DNA of 50,823 bases from an uncultured Deferribacteres bacterium. Lineage in GTDB: Bacteria; Zhuqueibacterota; Zhuqueibacteria; Zhuqueibacterales; Geothermadaptataceae. Positions 34,370 through 44,970 of the stretch are shown here, in pieces. Each line of letters begins with the position of its first letter. The stretch's first letter is position 1. Both the position numbers and the translations under genes were made by a program. Under the pieces are notes generated by a model, which made no database searches, was not told where the DNA came from, and was given only the letters and a program-made list of their open reading frames with translations. The stretch is from contig CAXHAT010000031.1 of NCBI GenBank assembly GCA_964014485.1, positions 1 through 50,823 on the forward strand, in the 5' to 3' direction.

Positions 34370-36163
34370 ATGATCGACGTCATCATCGTCTCTACAATAA
34401 TCATCGTCGCATTGATTTTGTTCGCTACCGAGAGAATACGCGTAGATCTCGTTGCGGCGCTCATTATGGCGACATTGATGGTCATCGGCCTGATCAGACC
34501 CAACTTTTTAGACTATGGTGACGCCGTCTCCGGCTTTAGCAATAAAGCGACGGTAACGGTTGCCGCCATGTTCATTTTGAGTGCGGGGCTGCTCAAGTCC
34601 GGCGCTATCAATCTAATCAGCGGACGATTGCTGCGTTATGGAGCGCATGGAGAAAAAAAGCTGTTTCTTGTCTTGATGGCAACGGCGGGCGTCGTTTCCG
34701 CGTTCATTAATAACACCGCCGCAGTTGCGGTTTTCCTTCCAGTCACGCTCACAATCAGCAAAAGTTATCAAATCAGCCCGTCCAAACTGCTCATTCCTCT
34801 CTCGTTCGTGTCCATCGTCGGCGGGACATGCACGCTCATCGGCACTTCAACAAATATCCTCGTCAGCTCGATGGCGGCGGACGCCGGGATTGGCGGCTTT
34901 GGCATGTTTGAGCTTACCAAGTTGGGCGCCGTCTTTTTTTTCGTGGGATTGATCTACCTGTTTTTTTTCGCACGTGTGCTGCTGCCCGACCGCGTTCAGA
35001 ACCAAAAATTGACCAAAAAATATCGCATGGGCAATTACCTCACCGCCCTCGTCATCAACGAGGGTTCGCCGCTTGTTAATAATACGCCCGCTGAATCGCG
35101 CGTCAATTCCAAATATGACGTCACGATCTTGGAAATTATCAGAAATGATAAACATATCTGGAGCGGTCTCAGAGATGCGAAACTGCAAATCGGAGATATT
35201 TTACTCGTTCGCGGCACCATTGACGGATTTATGGCGATGAAGAATGCGGAGGGCGTCACAATTCGTTCTCAGGAAAGATTTGCCGACAAGGAGTTGGACA
35301 GCGACGATTCCGTACTTTCGGAAGGCGTTATAGCTCCTTCTTCGCCGTTGGTTGGCAAGACGCTAAAAGAAGCGAATTTTCGGCACATTTATAACGTTTT
35401 TGCCTTGGCGATTCGGAAACACGGGGAAACGCTGCATAACAAAATTGGTCACATCAGGCTGGAAGTTGGGGACGCGCTATTGCTTCAAGGACAAAAACGC
35501 GCGATGGAAAGCCTTTCCGGCAGTTCGCTATTTTTGATGATGCAGGAAGTCAATTTTCCAATTATTCGGAAGGAAAAAGCGCTAGTTGCGATTCTCATCA
35601 CCGCCGGGGTTGTTTTGACAGCCGCTTTGGGAATTATGCCAATTTTGGTTTCAGCAATCGTGGGCTGTCTCCTGCTCGTGTTATCCGGGTGCGTCACGGT
35701 TCAGGAAGCGTATGATTCAATCGATTGGTTTGTGATTTTCTTGCTCGCCGGCGTCATCCCTCTCGGGCTTGTGATGGAGAACACTGGAACGGCGGCCTGG
35801 CTTTCCGCGCAATTGTTGAGCATCACGGAGCAATTCGGGCCGGTTGTTATCTTATCTGCATTCTACTTGATTGTGACAATATTCACTTCGATCATGTCCA
35901 ATAACGCCGCCGCCGTCGTATTCGTGCCGATTGGTATCGCAACGGCGCAAAAACTTGGGCTAAATCCAACCCCGTTTTTAATGGCGATTACTTTTGCGGC
36001 TTCAGCGTCATTGAGTACGCCGTTTGGCTATCATACAAATCTGATGGTTTACGGACCGGGGGGCTATAAATTTATGGACTATATCAAAGTGGGCGTTCCC
36101 CTCAATCTTTTGTTTTGGATTTTGGCGACTCTGCTCATCCCCGTATTTTGGCCGCTGCAGTAA
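34370..36163 (+). CDS. SLC13/CitMHS-family permease with two TrkA-C (RCK-C) domains
   Basis: SAFINNTAAV, GGTCTLIGTSTN, SPLVGKTLKE, SNNAAA and TPFGYHTNLMVYGPGGYKF. Confidence 0.92.
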   Translation: MIDVIIVSTIIIVALILFATERIRVDLVAALIMATLMVIGLIRPNFLDYGDAVSGFSNKATVTVAAMFILSAGLLKSGAINLISGRLLRYGAHGEKKLFLVLMATAGVVSAFINNTAAVAVFLPVTLTISKSYQISPSKLLIPLSFVSIVGGTCTLIGTSTNILVSSMAADAGIGGFGMFELTKLGAVFFFVGLIYLFFFARVLLPDRVQNQKLTKKYRMGNYLTALVINEGSPLVNNTPAESRVNSKYDVTILEIIRNDKHIWSGLRDAKLQIGDILLVRGTIDGFMAMKNAEGVTIRSQERFADKELDSDDSVLSEGVIAPSSPLVGKTLKEANFRHIYNVFALAIRKHGETLHNKIGHIRLEVGDALLLQGQKRAMESLSGSSLFLMMQEVNFPIIRKEKALVAILITAGVVLTAALGIMPILVSAIVGCLLLVLSGCVTVQEAYDSIDWFVIFLLAGVIPLGLVMENTGTAAWLSAQLLSITEQFGPVVILSAFYLIVTIFTSIMSNNAAAVVFVPIGIATAQKLGLNPTPFLMAITFAASASLSTPFGYHTNLMVYGPGGYKFMDYIKVGVPLNLLFWILATLLIPVFWPLQ

Positions 36164-36175
36164 AAAACGCCCCGG

Positions 36176-37219
36176 CTAACTCTCTTGCAAAACCTTGATT
36201 TTTTCGCTCGCAAACCGTAGCGAGACGCGGCTGTTGATCGAAACCTGATGGCTGCCGTCTAGCGCCACGACAATTTGGCCGCTTTCCGCTTTCGAATCCA
36301 AATCAACGACAGCTTCTCGCCGCTCCCCGTAAAATCGAATATCCACAACTGTGCCGTTGAAACCGCCGTTTGCGTATGTTTTGAGGGAAACGTCTTCCGG
36401 GCGAATGCAATAGTTTTTTAGGATTGCGCCGTTTCCGTTCAAACCTGGCGCTTGAGAATGAGTTTTCACGTCTAAAGTTGTGCTCAGTTGGTTGGGCAAT
36501 ACGTTGGTTTTGCCAAAGAAACGTGCGACGTATAAATTGGCGGGATTATGATAAATCTCTTCCGGAGCAGCGTGTTGTTGCAGCACCCCATCCTTCAGAA
36601 CCGCGACACTATCCGCCACAGAGAGTGCATTTTGAGCGTCATGCGTGACCAAAATCGCCGTCGTTTTTGTGGATTTTATGATTTGCTTTGTGTCATACAT
36701 GACGCGCATTTTGAGCAAATCATCCAAATTACTAAACGGCTCGTCCAGAAGAAGCAAAGCGGGTTGCGGGCCAAGCGCCCGAGCAAGAGCAACGCGTTGC
36801 TGCTGCCCGCCGGAAAGCTCGTGAGGATACCGCTTTTCCAAACCTTGCAGCCCGACAAGCTCCAACAATTCTTTTGTACGCGCTTCCCTGCCCGCTTTTT
36901 TCAAGCCGTACTCTATATTTTTACGAACAGTAAAATGCGGGAACAGTGCATAGTCTTGAAAAACCATCCCGACCCCGCGTTTTTCCGGCGGCGTAAACTT
37001 TTGCCGTCCGCAAACAACGTTGCCGTGAATAGAGACTTCTCCGGTTTGGGGCGTTTCAAACCCGGCGATTATTCGCAAAGTCGTCGTTTTACCGCAACCG
37101 CTTTCCCCGACCAGCGCCATAATTTCGCCCTGTCTTATGCGTAAGCTCAACTCGTCAACTGCGTTCGAGCGTGCGCCGGGGTATTTCTTGCAAATATTTT
37201 TGAGTTCTACTTCCATCAT
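36176..37219 (-). CDS. fbpC: Fe3+ ABC transporter ATP-binding subunit
   Basis: GESGCGKT, FQDYALFPH, LSGGQQQR and LLDEP; last gene of the operon. Confidence 0.88.
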   Translation of the reverse strand: MMEVELKNICKKYPGARSNAVDELSLRIRQGEIMALVGESGCGKTTTLRIIAGFETPQTGEVSIHGNVVCGRQKFTPPEKRGVGMVFQDYALFPHFTVRKNIEYGLKKAGREARTKELLELVGLQGLEKRYPHELSGGQQQRVALARALGPQPALLLLDEPFSNLDDLLKMRVMYDTKQIIKSTKTTAILVTHDAQNALSVADSVAVLKDGVLQQHAAPEEIYHNPANLYVARFFGKTNVLPNQLSTTLDVKTHSQAPGLNGNGAILKNYCIRPEDVSLKTYANGGFNGTVVDIRFYGERREAVVDLDSKAESGQIVVALDGSHQVSINSRVSLRFASEKIKVLQES

Positions 37220-38910
37220 TTTGGGTCCTTCGTCATAAGTCGATTCAACATAATGACGGGCGCCAACCCCGTCAAAATGATAACAAGCGATGCGTTCGCC
37301 GATTCTGCGACAAGCTCATCGCTAGCCAACTCAAAAGCTTTCACCGCCAAAGTATCAAAATTAAATGGCCGCAAAATCAAGGTTAAGGGCAATTCTTTCA
37401 AAACGTCCACGAAAACGAGCAGCATGGCTCCGAAAATCGCGCCTTTCAGGATCGGCAAATCGATTTTGAACAGCGTCTTTAGAGGCGAAACGCCGAGGGA
37501 TCGCGAAGCTTCATCAACGTTGTTACAAGTATTCGCGAATCCAGACGAGACAGGATTTAACGAAACGGCTAAAAACCTGACGAGATAGGCGAACATGAGT
37601 GCAAAAATCGTCCCGCTCAAAAGAAGTCCGGTAGAAAATCCGAAATAATTTTCCGTCCAACTAATCACGAATTGGTCAATTTTACCGAATGGGGCCATAA
37701 CGCCGATGGCGATCACTGCGCCCGGGATTGAATATCCGAGGGCGGAAATCTTGGTCATGCTTCTCATGAAATGCGTTTGATTCAATCTGGCCGCATAGAC
37801 AATGAGGATTGCCGCAACCAAACAAACGATTGAGGCGCCGGAGGCGAGCAAAAAACTATTCAACGTGAGCAGAAAAAAATCGGCGTTGACAACTCGCCCG
37901 GCGGTCTCGCCCGCCCAAAGGCCAAGCTGCAAAACAGGCAGGATAAAGCCCAGCGTGACGGGAATCGCACATACGGCAAACGCGAGACCAGCCCGCACCC
38001 CTTTTAGCTGAACTTTTGCGAAAACTCTCGGCTGCAAACTTCCTTTATCAAACCTGAGCCGTCCTCTCTGGCTTTTTTCGAGAGCAAGGACGGCGATTAC
38101 AAAAACAAGCAAAACCGCGGCAAGGCTAACGGCGGCGTTTTTGTCGCCAAGGGAGAGCCATGCGCGAAAAATCCCGGTCGTAAAAGTGGGCACGCCAAAA
38201 TATTTGACCGCGCCGTAATCGTTCAATACTTCCATAAGCACCAGCGCCAAACCGGCAAATATAGCCGGTCGCGCCAACGGCAATGCGACGCGTCTAAAAA
38301 TATTCCAGGATGATTTGCCGTGCAGTCTGGCTGCTTCAAGAAGAGTCGCGGATTGCTTGCTAAACGAGATGCGCGTGATGAGATAGACGTAAGGATAGAG
38401 GGCAAGCGCCAGAATCACGACAATGATTTCAATATGCATGACATCGATGTAAAACACCTGACCGTCTGAAGTTGAAAATAATTCGCGCAGGAAAGTTTGG
38501 ATTGGGCTGGTGAAATCGAAGACGCCGGCGTAAATATGCGCCATGATATAGCCGGGGATGGCGAGGGGCAAGATGAGCGCCCAGGCAAAAAAACGCGATC
38601 CGGGAAATTCAAAAACGCTGGTCAGCCACGCAGTGGAAACGCCAATAATGAATGTCAAAGCACCGACGCCTAAAACAAGAATCAGCGTGTTTTTCGAGTA
38701 TTCCCAAAGTACGGTTGAGGCGAGATGGCGCCAGGTTTCCCAGTCGGATGAGAATAGATGGATGAGGATATAAACTAAAGGCGCAGTGACGGCAACGGTT
38801 AGCACAACCGCCGCCGCCGTCCAAAATGTTAAATGCTTTCGTAAATTCGCGCCTTGCGGCAGACTCGCCGCTATCCTCGAATGAACGCTTTGCTTAATTG
38901 CATGCGCCAT
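37216..38910 (-). CDS. fbpB: Fe3+ ABC transporter permease
   Basis: Two EAA loops, LPLAIPGY, YPYVY, KELPLTLILRPFNFDTLA. Confidence 0.9.
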   Translation of the reverse strand: MAHAIKQSVHSRIAASLPQGANLRKHLTFWTAAAVVLTVAVTAPLVYILIHLFSSDWETWRHLASTVLWEYSKNTLILVLGVGALTFIIGVSTAWLTSVFEFPGSRFFAWALILPLAIPGYIMAHIYAGVFDFTSPIQTFLRELFSTSDGQVFYIDVMHIEIIVVILALALYPYVYLITRISFSKQSATLLEAARLHGKSSWNIFRRVALPLARPAIFAGLALVLMEVLNDYGAVKYFGVPTFTTGIFRAWLSLGDKNAAVSLAAVLLVFVIAVLALEKSQRGRLRFDKGSLQPRVFAKVQLKGVRAGLAFAVCAIPVTLGFILPVLQLGLWAGETAGRVVNADFFLLTLNSFLLASGASIVCLVAAILIVYAARLNQTHFMRSMTKISALGYSIPGAVIAIGVMAPFGKIDQFVISWTENYFGFSTGLLLSGTIFALMFAYLVRFLAVSLNPVSSGFANTCNNVDEASRSLGVSPLKTLFKIDLPILKGAIFGAMLLVFVDVLKELPLTLILRPFNFDTLAVKAFELASDELVAESANASLVIILTGLAPVIMLNRLMTKDPK

Positions 38911-38911
38911 A

Positions 38912-39949
38912 TCATTTCCAGCCGACCTGGTCGAAAATCACGACGGCTTCTTTGTTATTTTGGCCGAGAACCGAAAGGTTAATTTGATCAGCCTTAAATT
39001 CGCCCCAGGCTTGTAGAATCGGCGCCGGTTCGATTGCGGGGTTCACCGGGTATTCGTAATTGGCGTGCGCAAAGACTTTTTGGGCTTCATCGTCTGCCAA
39101 GAATTCGATAAATCGAATGGCGTTGTTTTTATTCGGCGAATGCCTGGTCACGCCCACGCCGCTCACGTTAACGTGGGCTCCTCGTCCAGCCTGATTCGGG
39201 AAAAACACGCCGACGGCTTCTCCAGCTTTTTTTTCTTCTTCATTGCCTGAAGCCAACAGTTTTCCAATATAATAGGTATTGACGATGGCAACGTCTCCAA
39301 CACCTGCGGCAATCGCTTTGACTTGATCCCGATCTCCGCCCTTGGGATCGCGCGCCATATTTTTGACCAAACCCTCAGCCCATTCTTTGGCCTTTTCGGC
39401 TCCGGCGCTGTGAATTATCGATGCAAGTAAAGATTGATTGTAAATATTGCCGGAACCGCGCACGAGCACTTTTCCGCGCCATTCTTCGTCAGCCAGCGCT
39501 TCGTAAGTCGTCAGATCAGAGACGTTTACGCGATCTTTGGCGTATGCAATAACGCGCGCACGAACAGTTACGCCGAACCAGAAATTTTCACCGTCGCGGA
39601 GATGCGCTGGAATTTTTTGCGCCAGGATTTCGGATTCAATGGGTTGCAGCAAATCTTTCGTTTTCGCGCGATGCAGTCTCCCTGCGTCAACCGAGATTAA
39701 AACGTCGGCGGGAGAGTTTACCCCCTCGCTCTCAAGTCGTTCAATAAGTTGATCCGCGCTTGCCTTAACGACGTTAACTTTGATTCCGGTCTGCTCCGTA
39801 AATCGATCAAAGAGCTGTTGATCAGCTTCATAATGCCGATGCGTGTAAACATTGACTACCGCATCTTGCGCGTTCTGTTGGTTTTCGCAAGACATCCCTC
39901 CCAATGACGCCAAGATTAGTACTGAAAAAACGGCGCGTCTCATTTTCAT
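38912..39949 (-). CDS. fbpA: Fe3+ ABC transporter substrate-binding lipoprotein (FbpA/FutA)
   Basis: VYTHRHY, SPADVL..DAGRL, YNQSL, NTYY (iron-binding Tyr pair), ANYEYP. Confidence 0.92.
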   Translation of the reverse strand: MKMRRAVFSVLILASLGGMSCENQQNAQDAVVNVYTHRHYEADQQLFDRFTEQTGIKVNVVKASADQLIERLESEGVNSPADVLISVDAGRLHRAKTKDLLQPIESEILAQKIPAHLRDGENFWFGVTVRARVIAYAKDRVNVSDLTTYEALADEEWRGKVLVRGSGNIYNQSLLASIIHSAGAEKAKEWAEGLVKNMARDPKGGDRDQVKAIAAGVGDVAIVNTYYIGKLLASGNEEEKKAGEAVGVFFPNQAGRGAHVNVSGVGVTRHSPNKNNAIRFIEFLADDEAQKVFAHANYEYPVNPAIEPAPILQAWGEFKADQINLSVLGQNNKEAVVIFDQVGWK

Positions 39950-40033
39950 TCCAAATCCCTAAAATGTGTTGCCATAAAATGCTTTTGTTTTAGATGCCGA
40001 ACATATGCAGAAAGCCTATACACTATCAACACA

Positions 40034-40068
40034 AAAAAACCCAAAAGAGCGGCTCTTTTGGGTTTAAA
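40034..40068 (-). terminator. Intrinsic terminator of rpsD
   Basis: aaacccaaaagagc-g-gctcttttgggttt with an A7 run (U tract on the minus strand). Confidence 0.85.
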
Positions 40069-40089
40069 TAGTTTTTAAAGCTTTTGTGT

Positions 40090-40695
40090 TTAGCGTGAAT
40101 AATATTCCACGACTAATGGCATCTCACAAATTACCGGGACGTCTACACGCTCAGGAACATTTAAAACCTCTACGGCTTGATCAGGTTTTGAGAGGGCTAA
40201 ATAGGCCGGCGGTCTGGATGATTTCACTGCTTGCATAATACCAGCGTTTCTTTTGCTTCTCGGTCGCACCGAAATAACGTCGCCGACTTTCACCGAGTAG
40301 GCAGGGATGTCTACTTTGCGGCCATTCACTAAAATATGACCGTGTCCAACGTATTGCCGCGCCTGAAAAATCGTTCTGGCCAACCCGCCTCTCAACACAA
40401 CTGCGTCCAAGCGAGACTCTAACATTTGGATCAGGTTTTCGGAGGTGGAGCCGGATTTCTGTGCGGCTTTCTTATAATAATTGCGCATTTGGCGCTCATG
40501 TATATTGTACTGCGCGCGCAATCTTTGCTTTTCTACAAGCTGCCGCTTGTAGTCCGACATTTTATCTCTTCGAAATTTTGTCGGACCGTGCTGCCCAGGA
40601 CCATAGGGCTTTTTTTCCATGTATTTCCCTGCTTTCGGCGTCAGGGCCACGCCAAGTTTTCTTGAAAGTTTTACCTTTGGTCCATTGTACTTCAT
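40090..40695 (-). CDS. rpsD: 30S ribosomal protein S4, stand-alone, without Zn-ribbon cysteines
   Basis: PYGPGQHG, SDY..QL.EKQ, LESRLD.VV.R.G.A.T..QARQ.V.HGH..VNG.KVDIP and VVEYYSR. Confidence 0.97.
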   Translation of the reverse strand: MKYNGPKVKLSRKLGVALTPKAGKYMEKKPYGPGQHGPTKFRRDKMSDYKRQLVEKQRLRAQYNIHERQMRNYYKKAAQKSGSTSENLIQMLESRLDAVVLRGGLARTIFQARQYVGHGHILVNGRKVDIPAYSVKVGDVISVRPRSKRNAGIMQAVKSSRPPAYLALSKPDQAVEVLNVPERVDVPVICEMPLVVEYYSR

Positions 40696-40921
40696 TCCGT
40701 CTGGCTCCTTCGAAGCTTCAATAAAATTCTAAATAATTATTATTCCAAAAATTGCCGATTCGATCATAAAAGCTTGGAATATAGCAGGATCGACTAATAA
40801 ATCCAAAGAAAAAATTTGCAATTTTTACTCATATCCACCCTTTAGGCGGAAGCAGTTTAAGAAAATGTGATCTTCTTCTCCGAAAGCATCTCTTCGTTCT
40901 TAAATTTGATTGAATTAAGGA

Positions 40922-40970
40922 TTGACAAGATACGCGCATCGACTTATATTGCGCGCGTTTTAATATTAAA
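40922..40970 (+). promoter_or_regulatory. sigma70-type promoter of the TonB receptor with a downstream palindrome
   Basis: ttgaca-N17-tatatt (40922-40950); palindrome tttaatattaaa at 40959-40970. Confidence 0.65.
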
Positions 40971-41029
40971 CCAAAAGTTTACAATAAAGACTTTCGCATA
41001 ACCCATCAACATCGGACTTCCTTAAGACC

Positions 41030-43492
41030 ATGTCGCACAAAACCGTTCTACGGCTCATCGTTGCAATGCTTCTTCCAATTCATTCTTTACTAGCCCACGA
41101 AATTCTCGGAACAGTCAAAGACAAGAACAGCGGCGAAATACTGGCCGGCGTCAACGTCAGCTTGAAACACACAAATTATGGCGCGGCGACCACACAGGAA
41201 GGCGATTTCACTATAAAAAATGTCCCGGCAGGCGAGTATATTGTCGTCGTTTCCATGATTGGCTACGAAACGATTGAGAAAAAAATCAACTGCGCGCCCG
41301 GGCAAAAAACACGCTTTGCATTCGAGCTAATAAGCACCCCCTATTTTATGCAAGAAATCGTTGTTGAGCGCGAGATGCTTATCGGCAATCCAAATCGTTT
41401 GCACGACATTCCCGGCTCCGCTCATTATTTAGGGCCGAGAGAATTGGAAAAATTCGGCTATAACGATATTCATCGCGTTCTGCGAGAAATTCCCGGCGTC
41501 AATTTGCAGGAAGAAGACGGTTATGGACTGCGCCCGAACATCGGCATTCGCGGCAGCGGCTCCGAGCGCAGCGAAAAGATCTCAATCATGGAAGACGGCG
41601 TATTGATCGCCCCTGCGCCCTACTCCGCTCCCGCCGCCTACTACTTCCCCACCGCCGGGCGTATGGAAGGTGTTGAAGTCCGCAAGGGCTCGAGTCAAAT
41701 CAAGTATGGGCCATACACAACGGCGGGCGCGCTGAATCTGATCAGCACAACGATCCCTGCTGCTTTGAGCGGTCGCGCCATGTTGAGCGGCGGCGAAGAC
41801 AATGCGCGAACCATCCATGCGAACGTCGGCGATTCGAAGAGAAACTACGGTTTTCTTGCCGAAACTTATCTCTCAAGCGTAGACGGCTTCAAGACACTAG
41901 ATTCAGGCGGCAAAACCGGATTCGACAAGAAAGACTACATGCTCAAATTTCGCGTCAACACAGATCGAAATGCGAAAGTCTATCAAGAGTTAGCGCTCAA
42001 GCTCGGGCAGACTGACGAAATTTCAAATGAGACGTATCTTGGCCTGACAGACGCCGATTTCCTCACGAATCCCCTGCGCCGATACGCAGGCTCCCAGCAA
42101 GATTTGATGACAACGAAGCATTCGCAAGCCGTTGCCAGATATTTCATTAAGCCGACGAAGTCTTTCGATTTAACCGCGATCATCTACCGGAATGACTTCA
42201 AGAGAAATTGGTACAAACTCGACAAAGTATACCAAGGCGGCGACGAGGGCGGCAAAGCAGGCATTTCAAGTATTCTGGCTTCGCCGGACAATTACGCTCC
42301 ACATTTGGGCGTGATCCAGGGCGCGCCGCAATTTGAAGACAATCGTTTGGACGTTAAGGCCAACAATCGCAGCTACTACTCTCAGGGCGTGCAATTGCTG
42401 GCAGGTTTAAATTACGATCTCGGCGCAAGCAAAAACGAATTGGAGTTCGGCGCGCGCTATCATGAAGATGAGATTGACCGTTTTCAATGGGTCGACGGTT
42501 ACCGGATGGAAAACAGCATCATGAAATTGATCGATGCAGGCGTCCCTGGGACGGAGAGTAATCGCATTGGGCAAGCCCAAGTTTTAGCTGTCTTCCTGCA
42601 ACAAAACATGCGCTTTTCGAATCTAACGATTGTTCCGGGCGTGCGGTGGGAAGACATCAAGTTAACCAGAGACGACTATGGAAAAAACGACCCGGAGCGT
42701 ATCGGCGCAGACTTGAGTCAACGCGAGAATTCAGTCTCGGTTTTCATTCCGGGCGTAGGACTCGACTATAAATTTTCACCCTTTTTCAGCGCTTTCGGCG
42801 GCGTCCACAAAGGTTTTTCTCCGCCTGGCTCGAGCCCGAACACAAATCCCGAAGAAAGCGTCAATTATGAAATCGGCTTTCGCATAAGCAAGCGCGCATC
42901 CTATTTGCAAACAACGTTGTTTTTCAACAATTACAGCAATCTTCTCGGCTCTGACCTTGCAGCCGGCGGCGGGACAGGCAGCGGCGATCAGTTCAACGGC
43001 GGCGAAGTCAACGTCAGCGGACTTGAATTCCTGGCAACGCACGACTTGGCGGAAGCCTTTGCCTCAAATCGTTTTTCAATCCCATTTCGGCTTTCTTATT
43101 CATACACAAAAGCCGAGTTCCAGAACGCCTTCGAAAGCGACTTCGGGCCGTGGGGGAGCGTTGAGAAAGGATTTGAATTGCCCTACGTGCCTCAACATCA
43201 ATTTTTTGCGGGGATCGGGTTGGAAGGTCGTCGCTGGACTATCGATTTGCGCGGAAACTTTGTGGACAAAATGCGCACGCAGGCGGGAACCGGAAATCTT
43301 CCCAAAAACCAGAGCACGGACGCACGTTTAATTTTCGACTTGAACGCTGAATTTGACGTCAACAGCAGCAACAAGGCGTTCGTCGGCGTTCGGAACCTGA
43401 CGAATAAAACTTATATCGTTGCCAGACGCCCGGCCGGGGTGCGCCCCGGATTACCGCGAACTTTGCACGCTGGAATCAAAGCGACTTTTTAA
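41030..43492 (+). CDS. TonB-dependent receptor, FecA-like, with N-terminal carboxypeptidase-regulatory-like domain
   Basis: GTVKDKNSGEILAGVNV domain, plug RPNIGIRGSG, EVRKGSSQIKYGP, terminal F; next to fbpABC. Confidence 0.92.
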   Translation: MSHKTVLRLIVAMLLPIHSLLAHEILGTVKDKNSGEILAGVNVSLKHTNYGAATTQEGDFTIKNVPAGEYIVVVSMIGYETIEKKINCAPGQKTRFAFELISTPYFMQEIVVEREMLIGNPNRLHDIPGSAHYLGPRELEKFGYNDIHRVLREIPGVNLQEEDGYGLRPNIGIRGSGSERSEKISIMEDGVLIAPAPYSAPAAYYFPTAGRMEGVEVRKGSSQIKYGPYTTAGALNLISTTIPAALSGRAMLSGGEDNARTIHANVGDSKRNYGFLAETYLSSVDGFKTLDSGGKTGFDKKDYMLKFRVNTDRNAKVYQELALKLGQTDEISNETYLGLTDADFLTNPLRRYAGSQQDLMTTKHSQAVARYFIKPTKSFDLTAIIYRNDFKRNWYKLDKVYQGGDEGGKAGISSILASPDNYAPHLGVIQGAPQFEDNRLDVKANNRSYYSQGVQLLAGLNYDLGASKNELEFGARYHEDEIDRFQWVDGYRMENSIMKLIDAGVPGTESNRIGQAQVLAVFLQQNMRFSNLTIVPGVRWEDIKLTRDDYGKNDPERIGADLSQRENSVSVFIPGVGLDYKFSPFFSAFGGVHKGFSPPGSSPNTNPEESVNYEIGFRISKRASYLQTTLFFNNYSNLLGSDLAAGGGTGSGDQFNGGEVNVSGLEFLATHDLAEAFASNRFSIPFRLSYSYTKAEFQNAFESDFGPWGSVEKGFELPYVPQHQFFAGIGLEGRRWTIDLRGNFVDKMRTQAGTGNLPKNQSTDARLIFDLNAEFDVNSSNKAFVGVRNLTNKTYIVARRPAGVRPGLPRTLHAGIKATF

Positions 43493-43640
43493 CGACCATC
43501 CCAAAACGCTCGATAAACTTGCTCGCTTCATTTCTGAATTGAGCAAGTTCTCACTTGCTTTCCCGCCATTTTGATGTTATTCTCGCCGCCAGTCATTGTT
43601 CTGTTAGCCAGCCGCGCTTGCGGTCTTGATCCGGGAGCAA

Positions 43641-43725
43641 CTCCGGAGTCAAACGTTTGAGCGCAGCTTGCCGTCACTGGCGACGACGAATCGCCGCACT
43701 CCGAAAAAAAGTTACTCAGAAGAAG
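43641..43725. repeat. Repeat element, family E (uninterrupted copy)
   Basis: ctccggagtcaaac..gtttgagcgcagcttgccgtcactgg and cactccgaaaa..gttactcagaagaag recur at 49131-49178 and 49293-49320. Confidence 0.75.
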
Positions 43726-43794
43726 AGCGTTGCTAGAAAATCCCGCACCTCGCATATTCACATATCTCCAAAATCCGACCCCATGGTGGTAATT

Positions 43795-44937
43795 ATGCAC
43801 GACTTATTTACAAAGCGTATTGGCTTGGTTAAACCCACGCTCATTGTTGATCGTGCCAAGACCGAGGAAAAAATCCGCTGGATGCTCGAAAAGGCTTCAA
43901 AAAGCAAGGTTCGCTTCCGGCCTCATTTCAAAACGCATCAATCCGCTGAAATCGGCGACTGGTTTCGCAAAGCGGGTTGTACCGCCATCACCGTTTCTTC
44001 CTTCGACATGGCGGCGTATTTTGCACAGCATGGTTGGGATAACATCACGATTGCGCTGCCGGTCAACATCAATTTGATGAGAGAAATGAGTGCGCTGGCA
44101 AAACGCATTCGGCTGGGTTTGCTGGTCGAATCAGTAGAAGCCGTGGATGCGCTGGCAGAGGAACTTACAAGCGAAGTTGATATTTGGATAAAAATCGACC
44201 ACGGCTACCACCGAACCGGCGTGCTGTCAGAAAGCGGCGATCGTATTCTGGAAATTGTCCAAGCCGTTCAAGCGGCGAGCAACTTGCGCATAAAAGGTAT
44301 TTTAACGCATTCCGGCCACACCTACGCAGCAAAGTCCCGCGATGAGATCGCCGCGGTTTTCAACGACGGCGTCCAGAAAATGAAAAGCGTTCAAGCGATG
44401 GTTGAAAAGAAAACCGGCGTCAGGATTGAAATTTCCATGGGAGATACGCCGGGCTGCACTGTGGTTGAGGATTTCAGTGAAATTGACGAGATAAGGCCGG
44501 GCTGCTTTGTTTTCTATGATATGATGCACGCCGATCAGGGCGTCTGCGATGAAGACCAGGTTTCCATCGCGTTAGCTGCGCCGATTTTGGCCAAACACGA
44601 GGAGAGAAATGAAATCATCGTCCATGGAGGCGCCGTGCATCTTTCCAAAGACGCGCTCTCATTACCAGGCGGGGGCGTGAGTTTTGGCGCAGTCGCTTTA
44701 CCTGAAAAGTCGGGGTGGAGCAAGTCAATCGAAGGGACGCGAGTGGCGTCAATTTCACAAGAGCATGGCATTATTCGAACAAAAAACGAAGCGTTTTTTT
44801 CACAAGCGAAGATCGGCGATTTCCTGATGATGCTGCCGGTTCACTCTTGCTTAACGGCAAATTTGATGGGGCGATACATGACCATCACCGGCGAACGTCT
44901 TGGTTCAGCGGTTGAGAAAAACGTCCCGGACTTTTAA
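43795..44937 (+). CDS. Fold-type III PLP enzyme, D-serine dehydratase/D-threonine aldolase (DSD1) family
   Basis: FRPHFKTH, KIDHGYHRTG, THSGH, EIRPG, SQEHG and PVHSC; start reassigned. Confidence 0.88.
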   Translation: MHDLFTKRIGLVKPTLIVDRAKTEEKIRWMLEKASKSKVRFRPHFKTHQSAEIGDWFRKAGCTAITVSSFDMAAYFAQHGWDNITIALPVNINLMREMSALAKRIRLGLLVESVEAVDALAEELTSEVDIWIKIDHGYHRTGVLSESGDRILEIVQAVQAASNLRIKGILTHSGHTYAAKSRDEIAAVFNDGVQKMKSVQAMVEKKTGVRIEISMGDTPGCTVVEDFSEIDEIRPGCFVFYDMMHADQGVCDEDQVSIALAAPILAKHEERNEIIVHGGAVHLSKDALSLPGGGVSFGAVALPEKSGWSKSIEGTRVASISQEHGIIRTKNEAFFSQAKIGDFLMMLPVHSCLTANLMGRYMTITGERLGSAVEKNVPDF

Positions 44938-44970
44938 GCCGCTCAAAACAAAGACGGAGCCAGAATTATA

